The notes under the pieces are model-generated. The model was given only the letters and a program-made list of their open reading frames with translations. It made no database searches and was not told the origin of the DNA. DNA of 64,000 bases from an uncultured delta proteobacterium (GTDB lineage Bacteria > Desulfobacterota > Desulfobacteria > Desulfobacterales > CAVQMW01): NCBI GenBank assembly GCA_963713755.1, contig CAVQMW010000007.1, forward strand, positions 220,465 through 284,464, written 5' to 3'. The position numbers and the translations under genes were made by a program. Positions 27,679-36,176 of this stretch are shown in pieces. Within the stretch, counting starts at the first letter, position 1. Each line of letters begins with the position of its first letter.

Positions 27679-29124
27679 TTAGCCACTGCTGAGTTTTGAA
27701 TCCGCCGCCGCCACCAATTGATCCAATTCCGCGCACAGTTCCGCGGGAGCAGCCGCACTGTTCTCTTTTGCCATGAGGACACGGTAATCCTCCATCACCC
27801 TGTCCATGAGGTTTTTCCGCCCGCTTTTTTCATAATCATCACGGGTCGGCCGTGTGAAGTTGTGAGGTACAAATGCATCGCGACAATGTTCCAATGTGTG
27901 ATCCGCCAGCATGAAATGCATCCCAGGCTCGACAGAGGTGAGAGGTTGCCAGCCCATTTGATCGTCATCCAGACTGAAGGGCATCACCAGCCGCCGGGCC
28001 ATGGCCAGGACCTCATTATCGACAATGAGCTGCAAAGGGCTGACCACGGTGGCAACTTCCAGCTGACCGGCACCGCCGAGGATGTCTAGTCCTGAAGCGG
28101 CCATCCAGGTGGTCAGCATGGCCCGCTCACTCATGGATTGCATATCGGGAATGGGTGAATCGGTCCCGCTGCCGTAATTATGCGTCGGCAGCCCAAACTC
28201 CTGTTTCAGAAACTGGTCTGCCAAGGAGGCTCCCCGCATGGCCTCCACACTGGCCTGCAGACTACGACCGGTGGCCATGTCCGTGGAGAAGATAATGGGG
28301 CAGGCCACCACGGGTGCACCGGGCTGAACGGCCTGGGCCATGGCGACCAGGGCCAGAATTTCGGCGACTGCAAGCAGCACAGTTCCCAGCACGGTGGCGG
28401 GGGCTGTCCCGCCGGCCCCGGGCAGAGAACAGGCGTGGATGGGAATACCAGCTCGGGCCGCTTGAAGGATAACCTCCATGTCCATCTGTTTGAAGGCCCG
28501 GGGCGTCAGGGAGCAGGCAATCATGGAGATCAGCGGATTATCCGACAGCGCCTTTCGGCCTCCGGCCGCGGCAGCCGCCAGATCGATCAGCGCAGCTACG
28601 CTCTCGGCGCAATAGGGCTGGACCCAAAGATGCTTGTCGGTATGCTTAAACAGCGTAGCCAGCGCGTGGATATCCGCCGTAGCCACGGGGGCATCGTCGG
28701 GAAACAGATAGGGCATGAAGCTGATTTCATCCAGATGGTTGACCAGCCGGGCCCAATCCGCCAACCGAGCCAAGGTCACTTTTTCCAATTCAGCAGTCTC
28801 AGGATCGATCCAGCCATGCCCCCCGGTACAGGTGCGGGCGTAGAAGGTGCCATCCGGTCGCGGCAGAGGCAGGGCCCGCTCCGGATTCCGAGCACCCAAT
28901 GTAAAAGTGCGCGGTGCCCGTGCCAGCAATTCTTCGAGGGCTTTACGGGGAAAGCATACCCGCCCGCTGTTGCTGTCCAATTTCAGGCCGGACCGAACCA
29001 ACGTCTCCATAATTTCAGGGTGGTTATCCAGTTTGACGCCATGGTCGGCAAGCAGAGTGAAAACCCTGGTTTTTAATGTGGCCCGTTGACTCTCATCAAG
29101 ATAGGAAAATTTAGCCATACTCAT
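27679..29124 (-). CDS. MttB-superfamily (trimethylamine methyltransferase-like) protein, non-pyrrolysine type
   Basis: 481 aa, an uninterrupted ORF with no internal TAG. It has the family-typical length and a TIM-barrel-like pattern (..YARTCTGGHG.., ..MIACSLTP.., ..GIPIHACSLPGAGGTAP.., ..LDILGGAGQLE..). Confidence 0.8.
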   Translation of the reverse strand: MSMAKFSYLDESQRATLKTRVFTLLADHGVKLDNHPEIMETLVRSGLKLDSNSGRVCFPRKALEELLARAPRTFTLGARNPERALPLPRPDGTFYARTCTGGHGWIDPETAELEKVTLARLADWARLVNHLDEISFMPYLFPDDAPVATADIHALATLFKHTDKHLWVQPYCAESVAALIDLAAAAAGGRKALSDNPLISMIACSLTPRAFKQMDMEVILQAARAGIPIHACSLPGAGGTAPATVLGTVLLAVAEILALVAMAQAVQPGAPVVACPIIFSTDMATGRSLQASVEAMRGASLADQFLKQEFGLPTHNYGSGTDSPIPDMQSMSERAMLTTWMAASGLDILGGAGQLEVATVVSPLQLIVDNEVLAMARRLVMPFSLDDDQMGWQPLTSVEPGMHFMLADHTLEHCRDAFVPHNFTRPTRDDYEKSGRKNLMDRVMEDYRVLMAKENSAAAPAELCAELDQLVAAADSKLSSG

Positions 29125-29214
29125 GGAGAACCTCTTCTTCCCGGATTATTTAGACGTCTGAGCGTTCATGGGTCTTAAAGATCGAGCGCATTTCATATCG
29201 CTGGTTTAGATGAT

Positions 29215-30741
29215 TTATGCAGACGGCTCATCATCATCAGGCAATTGGGCTTCAAAAGGCTTTATCGCCTCCACATGTCCGCCAATCGCCCGGTAGTCCT
29301 CTTCCGTCATGGTGTATTCCAAGGGGCAGATGGTGGCGGGGGTAGGCGTCCAGTAAAAAGACCCGCTCTTGACCTTTTCCACATCCACCATGAAGGAGAT
29401 CCCTCCCCCCGGCCAGATGAATCCCGGAGCTCCACCCACGGAGAGTTGAGCCTGGCCGGCGTGGACGGCGCGGGTGAGCTTGATGGGCGATTTGACCACT
29501 CCGGCGCGGGCGCTGCCCCCTGCCCCGCCGGTGTAGACCGCCGAAACCCGGGAGGGCTCACAGGAGGCGGCAAGGGCCTCAACCGCGGTGCGCGCCTTTT
29601 GCGTTAGAGGTATTTCAGCGAGTTCGCCTTTGACCGTGACCTGGTAAAGCACAGCGTTTTGGCCTGTGGTTTCAGTAATAAGAATGGTCATCCCAGGCCG
29701 GGCCACAGTCATGTCGATGTGCGCGATGACATCCGCCGGCCGGATGATGGAAGTACCGCCCCAGCCGTCGCCGTGGTCCCCGAAACAGCGTCCGGGGGTG
29801 CTCTCCTTAAAAACCAGCTGCACCCCGCTTGGGCGGGCGCCGACAAACTGGCCGGCCACATGGCGGCTCATCTGACCCGTGATATGGGAATCGAGGATGA
29901 TGGCCTCGTCAGCCGCTTCCTTGAGCAGGGGGGCAAAGAGCCCCATGGTGGCGCTGCCGCAGCCTACCCGCATGCTGGCCACTTCCTGGCCGTCGATGAT
30001 CGGAGGATGACCCACTTGAATTTCCAGTCGGCGGCCGTTTTCAATTTTCAGTTTCACCCGTTCGCGGTTGGCAATGCGGGTGATGGTGCGGGCCACCAAG
30101 AACCCGTTGGGCCCGGTGAGGCGGTTGACCCCCCCGATGTGCAGCATTTTGGATCCGTACTGCTCGGTTTCCACCATGCCCACCTCCCGCTTGCCCACTA
30201 GCACTCGGTCGCCCTCCCTTCCCAGAGGCACGTCCGTATCGATCTTTACGATGATGGAGCTGTAGCTTAGGGGCACTTCGGTGACCACGGTGACCACATC
30301 CACACCGTGCTGCTCTCCTTTTACAATGCGCGGGGCCGGTTTGCAGTCCGGATATGTGGTGCCGGATCCGATGGCGGTAATCAGGGGGCGGCGAATGGCT
30401 TGCGGAGGATCGCTGCCAACAATATCGGCCACAGCCTTGTATGCCAGGACCGGGGTGGTGCGTACCAATCGGCCTTCGCGGTTGAGGTAGCGCCGGCAGG
30501 CCCCTTCAAATCCAGGCTGAATCCAGCATTTGATGGGGCAGGCGTCACACTCCACGGCTTCCGCGGGCATGACCGGCGCGACGGTTAGGGCTTCTTGCTC
30601 GCACACCCGGAAACAGACTTTGCAATGGGTGCAGGCGTGATGATCGATAACTGCCTTCTTCTCCTTCAGCCGCACCGCCCCCACGGGGCAATCCCGCACG
30701 CAGTATCCGCAGCCTATGCATTTTTCGAGATCTACTTCCAC
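29215..30741 (-). CDS. Fe-S flavoprotein candidate, 6-hydroxynicotinate reductase-like
   Basis: 508 aa. Two ferredoxin motifs are present: C8xxC11xxC14xxxC18P and C37xxC40xxC43xxxC47. A third Cys group follows (C65xxC68xxxC72x9C82). The gene is adjacent to the enamidase-like gene. The call rests on cofactor-site count and context, not on an alignment. Confidence 0.55.
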   Translation of the reverse strand: MEVDLEKCIGCGYCVRDCPVGAVRLKEKKAVIDHHACTHCKVCFRVCEQEALTVAPVMPAEAVECDACPIKCWIQPGFEGACRRYLNREGRLVRTTPVLAYKAVADIVGSDPPQAIRRPLITAIGSGTTYPDCKPAPRIVKGEQHGVDVVTVVTEVPLSYSSIIVKIDTDVPLGREGDRVLVGKREVGMVETEQYGSKMLHIGGVNRLTGPNGFLVARTITRIANRERVKLKIENGRRLEIQVGHPPIIDGQEVASMRVGCGSATMGLFAPLLKEAADEAIILDSHITGQMSRHVAGQFVGARPSGVQLVFKESTPGRCFGDHGDGWGGTSIIRPADVIAHIDMTVARPGMTILITETTGQNAVLYQVTVKGELAEIPLTQKARTAVEALAASCEPSRVSAVYTGGAGGSARAGVVKSPIKLTRAVHAGQAQLSVGGAPGFIWPGGGISFMVDVEKVKSGSFYWTPTPATICPLEYTMTEEDYRAIGGHVEAIKPFEAQLPDDDEPSA

Positions 30742-30841
30742 AGGTTCGGATTCTCCACGCTAAAGTTTGCTGCTATTAAAATCTGACCAGTCCATAGTTC
30801 TTCTAACCCACTGAAATTATTAGGTTCGATTGGATAGCCTC

Positions 30842-30921
30842 GTCATTCCTGCGAAGGCGGGAATCCAGATAGATTCCAATACATTGGAATCTCTGGATGC
30901 CGGATCAAGTCCGGCATGACG
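30842..30921. repeat. MITE-like inverted-repeat element (family B, copy 3)
   Basis: GTCATTCCTGCGAAGGCGGGAATCCAG ... CTGGATGCCGGATCAAGTCCGGCATGAC. It sits between two genes of the catabolic block. Confidence 0.85.
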
Positions 30922-30986
30922 GAAAACTTTGGGCTCTCAAGTTAGAATTAATTCATCAGAAAAATTGGTCGTGACGCTGCTATCCT

Positions 30987-32147
30987 TTACACAATTTGAG
31001 GCTTCCTCACGGGCGGTGGCGTATTACGGCTTTTCCCGACCACGACTTCCCCATCCACCAGCACCATGGCCACCGCGGGCAGATCCCCGACCTTGATGGC
31101 CGCCAGGGCATTTTCGCCCACCGATCCCATGGGCGTATCCATGATCACCAGGTCCGCGGGTTTCCCCGGAGCGATGGTTCCCTGATCTAGCTTGTGGACC
31201 CGGGCGGTGTTGCCGGTGGCCATGCAGAGCGCCTCCTCGGCTGAAAGATCGCTGAGACTGGCCAAGTGGACGATCGTGCGCAAAATCCCCAGAGGCACAA
31301 CACCTGTGCCCGAGGGCGCGTCGTTGCCGATGACGACCCGTTTGAGGGCACTGTGCGCTTTGCACAGTTTAAGGGCTTCCAGGGCCATTTTGGGATTGCC
31401 GCAATGGACGATTTCAATGGCCATCTCGGTTTCGGTAATCAATCGTCGGGCTTCGTCCAAGGCCACGGCCGTGGGTCCGCCGTTGATATGGGAGGCCACA
31501 TCGGGATCGGTACGGATCACCATATCGGCGGTGACCGTGCTGGATCCAGGGATGGAGGTGCCGCCGGTGTGCATCATCACGGTCATGCCGGCCGCTTTGG
31601 CCCAGCGCACCATGGGTGCGGCATCTTCGGGATCTTTCACGGATCCGAGGCCGATCTCTCCCACCAGACGGACGCCCTGGGCGGCCATCTCCTTAAAGTC
31701 GGCTTCGGTCAACCCCTTCTCCAGAATGACCGCGCCCCCGACCACCTTTCCGCCGCCGGGCCGGAAATTTTCAAAGGCCTTAGCGGCCAGGATCGCCAAC
31801 GCTTTGGTCCCCGCTGGATCCTTGGGCCGCCCGCTGAGGTGGACTTCCCCGGCGGAAATGAACGTCGTAACTCCGCCGTGAACGGCACTTTCCAGAAAAC
31901 CGATCTGCTTCTGGCGCGGGGTGTAGTCCATAAGCACACTGTGGCAGTGAGAATCGATCAGCCCCGGGGTCACCGTAGTTCCGGCGCAGTCGATCACCTT
32001 AGAAAAGTCATCAGCACTGAAATCGACGGCGGCACCCGCCGCAACGATTTTCCCGTTTTCAACGGCGAGCGCATTCCCGCGCAGAATGGGCGCCTGGATA
32101 TCTCCTGAAATTATCGCGCCGATATTCTTAAGAAGTACCTTGGACAT
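30987..32147 (-). CDS. Enamidase-like amidohydrolase (1,4,5,6-tetrahydro-6-oxonicotinate hydrolase candidate)
   Basis: 386 aa. GLIDSHCH is the metal-binding HxH motif. Other motifs are GGVTTFISAG, HTGGTSIPGSS, SHINGGPT, GNDAPSGTG and PGKPADLVIMD. The length and these blocks match my memory of the E. barkeri enamidase. Confidence 0.72.
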   Translation of the reverse strand: MSKVLLKNIGAIISGDIQAPILRGNALAVENGKIVAAGAAVDFSADDFSKVIDCAGTTVTPGLIDSHCHSVLMDYTPRQKQIGFLESAVHGGVTTFISAGEVHLSGRPKDPAGTKALAILAAKAFENFRPGGGKVVGGAVILEKGLTEADFKEMAAQGVRLVGEIGLGSVKDPEDAAPMVRWAKAAGMTVMMHTGGTSIPGSSTVTADMVIRTDPDVASHINGGPTAVALDEARRLITETEMAIEIVHCGNPKMALEALKLCKAHSALKRVVIGNDAPSGTGVVPLGILRTIVHLASLSDLSAEEALCMATGNTARVHKLDQGTIAPGKPADLVIMDTPMGSVGENALAAIKVGDLPAVAMVLVDGEVVVGKSRNTPPPVRKPQIV

Positions 32148-32179
32148 GCGTTCCTCCTATATGACGACCGAATATAAAT

Positions 32180-32207
32180 GGGTAGAGGCAGGCTTGAAAC
32201 CTACCCC
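32180..32207. repeat. GC hairpin repeat (family D, degenerate)
   Basis: GGGTAGAGGCAGGCTTGAAACCTACCCC, in the 69-nt gap between the Mo subunit and the amidohydrolase. Confidence 0.6.
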
Positions 32208-32216
32208 TGCAGCAGC

Positions 32217-34502
32217 TTAGTCTGCTCTTGCCGGCCCAAAATGCCCGCCCTTGATACTCGCCTCGAGGACCCGTTCCAGATTGGCCGGCAAAGTATAGAT
32301 CCGCTCTCCCAGAGCGTCGGCAATGGCGTTGAGTATGGCCGGAGCCGTTGGAATCAGGGCCGGTTCGCCGACCCCTTTCGCGCCGAAGGGTCCGCTGGGT
32401 TCGGGGGATTCGATGATGATGGGCACGATTTCGGGCATATCCGCAATGGTGGGGATAGGGTAGTCCTTCATGGAAATCGTGCTCCCGGGGTGAAATTCTT
32501 CCATCAAACCAAAGCCGATGCCCATGGCCACCCCGCCGCAAATCTGCCCGATCACATTCCCGGGGTGGATGGCCCGGCCCACATCATGCGCGGCCACCAC
32601 CTTCTCCACCTTGACTTCACCGGTGAGTACATCGACGGCGACCCCAACCAGCTGGCAGGCAAATGCGTAGGTCGCGTAGGGCACGCCCTGGCCGGTTTCA
32701 AGGTCCAGGGGAACCGTGTCGGGGTCGAAATAACCGGGCCACTCCAGCCCCCCGCCTTTGGCCTGGATGCGCCGGGCCAGTTGGGAAAAGGAAACCCGTT
32801 TCTCGGGGTCCCTGTTTAGAACGACTTCTCCGTTGTCAAACACCAAGCTCCGCTTAGGCGCTCGCAAACGGTTGACTGCTTCAGTGAGCAACACATCTGA
32901 GAGTTTGGTACAGGCATCGTGTACGGCATTGCCGGAGATGTAAGTCTGGCGGCTGGCCGAGGTGGCGCCGGCATTGGTAGTCAACAGGGTATCCGCCGCC
33001 ACTAGCCGAATTTCATGGGCGGCGAGTCCCAAAACCTCACCGGCGATCTGGGTGAGCACCGTGGAGGAGCCCTGGCCGATGTCCGCACAGCCGCTGTAGA
33101 GGGTAACCCGGCCTTCAAGGTCCATCTCCACCCGGGCCGTGGAGGGGTTCTGCACGCCGGTGTTGCCGATGCCGTACCACATGGCAGCGATGCCCACCCC
33201 CCGCTTCACATAAGGCCCTGCATCTTTGACCTTTTCCCGAGCCAGGGCCCAATGGGGTTGGACCGCCCGCAGGCAATCCATGAATCCCACGCTGTCGGTG
33301 AGCTCCTGGCCCGTGGCGGTGACAGCGCCGACGTGAAGGGCATTGCGCAGGCGAATTTCCAGGGGATCGATATCGAGCGCCCGGGCGTGGAGATCGAGCT
33401 GGCTTTCATGAGCCACGGCGGCCTGGGGTGTGCCAAAGCCGCGCATGGCACCGCAATAGGGATTGTTGGTGTAGACACAGCGGCTTTCAATATCCACGTG
33501 GGGAATTTGATAAGGCCCCGTGATATGCACCGCCGCCCGGGAGGTTACCGCCAGGCCGTAAGAGGCGTAGGCGCCGGTGTCGCAAATGATTCTCGCCCGC
33601 AGCGCCCGCAAGCGCCCCTGAGCGTCGGTTCCGGTTTTAAGTTCAATCGTGAGGGGGTGCCGTTTGGCCGTGGCCAGATAGGCCTCTTCCCGGCTGTAAA
33701 CGTAGCGCACGGGACGCTTGAGATGGTAAAGGGCCAGCCCGATAAATCCCTGGACATTCATGTCCAGCTTGGAACCGAACCCGCCCCCGGTGGCGGCCTG
33801 AATGACGCGCACCCGATCATCGGCCAGACCCAGGAGGGTGACCACCTCTTTGTGGTCGTAATGGGGATTCTGGGTAGAGGCGTAAATCACCAGGGTGCCG
33901 TCGTCATCCACGAACCCCAGACCGGCATCGGGTTCCAGGTAGTTGTGCTCCACCATGCCGGTGCGGTAGGTTTTCTCTACCACGCTGGCGCATTGCGCCC
34001 ACTGACCCTCGGGATCACCGTGTTTGATTCGGCGCGTCACCAGGCAGTTGCCCTTAGGGTGAAGCGACGGGGCCTGGGGTTTTAGCGCTTCTTCGGGGTC
34101 GAACACCGCCGGCAGGGGCTCGTAGATAACTTCAATCGCTTTGAGGGCTGCTGCGGCGGCGGCTTCATTTTCGGCCGCCACCAGAGCCAGCGGTTCGCCT
34201 TTGCAGCGCACCTTGCCCGCAGCCAGCAAGGGTTGGTCCTTGTTGATAATCCCCAAGGCATTTTTGCCGGGAATATCATGGGCCGTGAAAACGGCGACCA
34301 CCCCGGGCAGCGCCGCGGCTGCCTGGGTGTCGATTTCGACCAGGGATGCGTGGGGGTGGGAACTGCGTAAGGCTTTCAGCACCAGGGGCGCATCGGCGCT
34401 CAGGTCCGCGCAGAAGATTGGCGCGCCCTTGAGCTTTTCCTGAGCGCCGAATCGCGGAATGCTGCGGCCGATGGATTTGAAACGAGATTCCATAGGATTC
34501 AT
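32217..34502 (-). CDS. Molybdopterin-binding large subunit of a xanthine-dehydrogenase-family hydroxylase (nicotinate dehydrogenase candidate)
   Basis: 761 aa. GGGFGSK, CGAMRGFG and FGAKGVGEP are typical of the XDH/aldehyde oxidase family. It is a single chain rather than split. Confidence 0.9.
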   Translation of the reverse strand: MNPMESRFKSIGRSIPRFGAQEKLKGAPIFCADLSADAPLVLKALRSSHPHASLVEIDTQAAAALPGVVAVFTAHDIPGKNALGIINKDQPLLAAGKVRCKGEPLALVAAENEAAAAAALKAIEVIYEPLPAVFDPEEALKPQAPSLHPKGNCLVTRRIKHGDPEGQWAQCASVVEKTYRTGMVEHNYLEPDAGLGFVDDDGTLVIYASTQNPHYDHKEVVTLLGLADDRVRVIQAATGGGFGSKLDMNVQGFIGLALYHLKRPVRYVYSREEAYLATAKRHPLTIELKTGTDAQGRLRALRARIICDTGAYASYGLAVTSRAAVHITGPYQIPHVDIESRCVYTNNPYCGAMRGFGTPQAAVAHESQLDLHARALDIDPLEIRLRNALHVGAVTATGQELTDSVGFMDCLRAVQPHWALAREKVKDAGPYVKRGVGIAAMWYGIGNTGVQNPSTARVEMDLEGRVTLYSGCADIGQGSSTVLTQIAGEVLGLAAHEIRLVAADTLLTTNAGATSASRQTYISGNAVHDACTKLSDVLLTEAVNRLRAPKRSLVFDNGEVVLNRDPEKRVSFSQLARRIQAKGGGLEWPGYFDPDTVPLDLETGQGVPYATYAFACQLVGVAVDVLTGEVKVEKVVAAHDVGRAIHPGNVIGQICGGVAMGIGFGLMEEFHPGSTISMKDYPIPTIADMPEIVPIIIESPEPSGPFGAKGVGEPALIPTAPAILNAIADALGERIYTLPANLERVLEASIKGGHFGPARAD

Positions 34503-34540
34503 GAGGGTTTCAGTTTTATTCGTGCCCGGCCGAAAAGCCT

Positions 34541-34653
34541 CTTCTCCCTCCCCCTTGAAGGGGGAGGGCCGGGGTGGGGGTGAATGATATCAGGCCTTTA
34601 TATCCCCCTCCCCCAACCCCTCCCGCCAGGGGAGGGGAGTTTTCGGTCAGGCA
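34541..34653. repeat. GC-rich palindromic repeat (family C, copy 2)
   Basis: CTTCTCCCTCCCCCTTGAAGGGGGAGGGCCGGGGTGGGGGTGAATGATATCA...CGCCAGGGGAGGGGAGTTTTCGGTC. It matches about 21450-21558 and, inverted, 59153-59205. Confidence 0.85.
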
Positions 34654-34699
34654 CTAATTCGAATCGGACCTGACATGGGTTGCCCTTGAAGGTCCGGGT

Positions 34700-35551
34700 T
34701 TAAGTCAGAGGCGCCATGAGGCGCATGAACAGTCCCTGGATGGCCGGTTCTTTGTACACCGTGGAGTGGCGGCGGCCGGTGATGGCGATCATGGTCTCCG
34801 CCATGATCCGGCCCGCCTCCCAAATCCGTTCCGCCGTGGGCCGCTGATCGAACAGAAACGCTTCCACTGCGGTCATACGATGGGGGGTCGGCGTACAGGA
34901 ACCTAAAGCCACGCGAATAAAATCTATCTTACCGTTTTCCTTCCGGCGGACCATGGCCGCCAGATTGAGCCGGGCAATCGCCAGCGCCCGTCGACGGCCG
35001 ATTTTTTGAAAATCCGCAAAGTCCGCTTGGGCCGGTTTGAGAATGAAGCGGGTGATCACTTCTCCAGGCGGCAGGGCACAGGCATAGGGCCCCGAGGCCA
35101 CGGAAGTAATGGGGATGCGGCGCAATCCTCCTTTGCCGGCGAGCTCCACATCAGCCTCATGGATAACCAGGGGCGGCAGAGTGTCCCCGCAAGGAGAACA
35201 GTGCGCCACGTTACCCCCAATCGTGGCCACATTTCGAATCTGGCGGCTGGCAAAGGTTTGGGCGCATTTGTTGAGGGATGGCGCGTGTTGCGCCAGAAGC
35301 TCGGAATTTTCGATCTCGCTGAGGGTGACCGCAGCGCCCACGGAAAGTTCTTCCCCGTTGAGTTCTAAAACCCTGAGTTCGGGGAGGCGGCTCACATCCA
35401 AAAGAACATCGGGAGTCCGTTCTCCGGACCGGAGATCCACCACCACATCGGTCCCACCGGCCAGAATTTGGGTGCTGCGGCCCTTTTCAGCCAGAACATC
35501 CAACGCCGCATTCAGAGAGTCAGGGCGAATGTAATCGAATTCAGCCGGCAT
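34700..35551 (-). CDS. FAD-binding subunit of the Mo-hydroxylase (CoxM/XdhB-like)
   Basis: 283 aa with the FAD_binding_5 pattern ILAGGTDVVVDL and ATIGGNVAH. Confidence 0.9.
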   Translation of the reverse strand: MPAEFDYIRPDSLNAALDVLAEKGRSTQILAGGTDVVVDLRSGERTPDVLLDVSRLPELRVLELNGEELSVGAAVTLSEIENSELLAQHAPSLNKCAQTFASRQIRNVATIGGNVAHCSPCGDTLPPLVIHEADVELAGKGGLRRIPITSVASGPYACALPPGEVITRFILKPAQADFADFQKIGRRRALAIARLNLAAMVRRKENGKIDFIRVALGSCTPTPHRMTAVEAFLFDQRPTAERIWEAGRIMAETMIAITGRRHSTVYKEPAIQGLFMRLMAPLT

Positions 35552-36035
35552 CGGTTGTTCCCTCCACCTTTTGGGCAGCAGCTTCCACGGATTCGAAGAT
35601 CTGCTGGTAGCCGGTACAGCGACACAAATTACCGGCCAACGCAGAACTTACCGCAGCCCGGTCCGGATAAGGATTTTCCCGTAAGAGGGCATCGGTGCTC
35701 ATCAACAAACCCGGTGTGCAAAACCCGCATTGCACGCCGTGCTGCTCTAAGAACGCCTCTTGGATCGGATGCAGCCCTTCCTCCGGAGCCAGCCCCTCCA
35801 CGGTGGTCACCTGGCGCCCATCCAGCTGAGCCGCCAACATCAGGCAGGAATTAACCGCCCGTCCGTCGACCTGGATAGTGCAGGCGCCGCATTCGCCGAT
35901 CCCACAGCCCTCCTTGGTGCCTTTGAGGCCCAATTCTTCTCTGAGCAGCTGCAACGCGGTCAGCGCGGCGGGAATTTCAAGGGATAGGGCTTTACCGTTG
36001 AGTATGATCTGGATGTTTACGCGAGGAGGATTCAT
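35541..36035 (-). CDS. [2Fe-2S]-binding small subunit of the Mo-hydroxylase (CoxS/XdhC-like)
   Basis: GCGIGECGACTV-type (CGIGECGACTIQVDG) and CGFCTPG motifs. The start is uncertain; I chose MNPPRV, but the ORF extends to 36089. Confidence 0.9.
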   Translation of the reverse strand: MNPPRVNIQIILNGKALSLEIPAALTALQLLREELGLKGTKEGCGIGECGACTIQVDGRAVNSCLMLAAQLDGRQVTTVEGLAPEEGLHPIQEAFLEQHGVQCGFCTPGLLMSTDALLRENPYPDRAAVSSALAGNLCRCTGYQQIFESVEAAAQKVEGTTDAG

Positions 36036-36096
36036 GGGCCGCTGCCTTCTGCCGATATGCATGTCACCGTTGAACGGTGTGGATTTCAAGTCCGGC

Positions 36097-36124
36097 GGGG
36101 AGGGGCGGGTTTAGCCCCCGCTCC
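36097..36124. repeat. GC hairpin repeat (family D, degenerate)
   Basis: GGGGAGGGGCGGGTTTAGCCCCCGCTCC, in the gap upstream of the 2Fe-2S subunit. Confidence 0.55.
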
Positions 36125-36176
36125 GAAAGGCTACCCTCTACCGGAGAGATGGGGTAAGGCAAAGAAGAGGCTCGGC

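Noticed and set aside
29215-30741. The 508-aa Fe-S protein as a RamA/RACo-type corrinoid reductive activase, because it sits next to the MttB-family gene.
   Set aside because: As I recall, RamA carries its ferredoxin domain C-terminally and RACo has an N-terminal 2Fe-2S domain, each fused to an ASKHA ATPase domain. Here the 2x[4Fe-4S]-plus-4-Cys arrangement is N-terminal. I cannot find clear DxGT(T/S) phosphate-binding motifs; AIGSGTTY lacks the Asp. The cofactor-site count fits 6-hydroxynicotinate reductase. This is not fully excluded without a profile search.
32217-36035. The Mo-hydroxylase as an aerobic-type CO dehydrogenase (CoxSML).
   Set aside because: The 761-aa subunit lacks the form-I CODH active-site loop (VAYRCSFR) as far as I can see. 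No coxDEF-type accessory genes are adjacent. The neighbours are amidohydrolase and reductase genes. 4-Hydroxybenzoyl-CoA reductase remains a formal alternative, noted in the finding.
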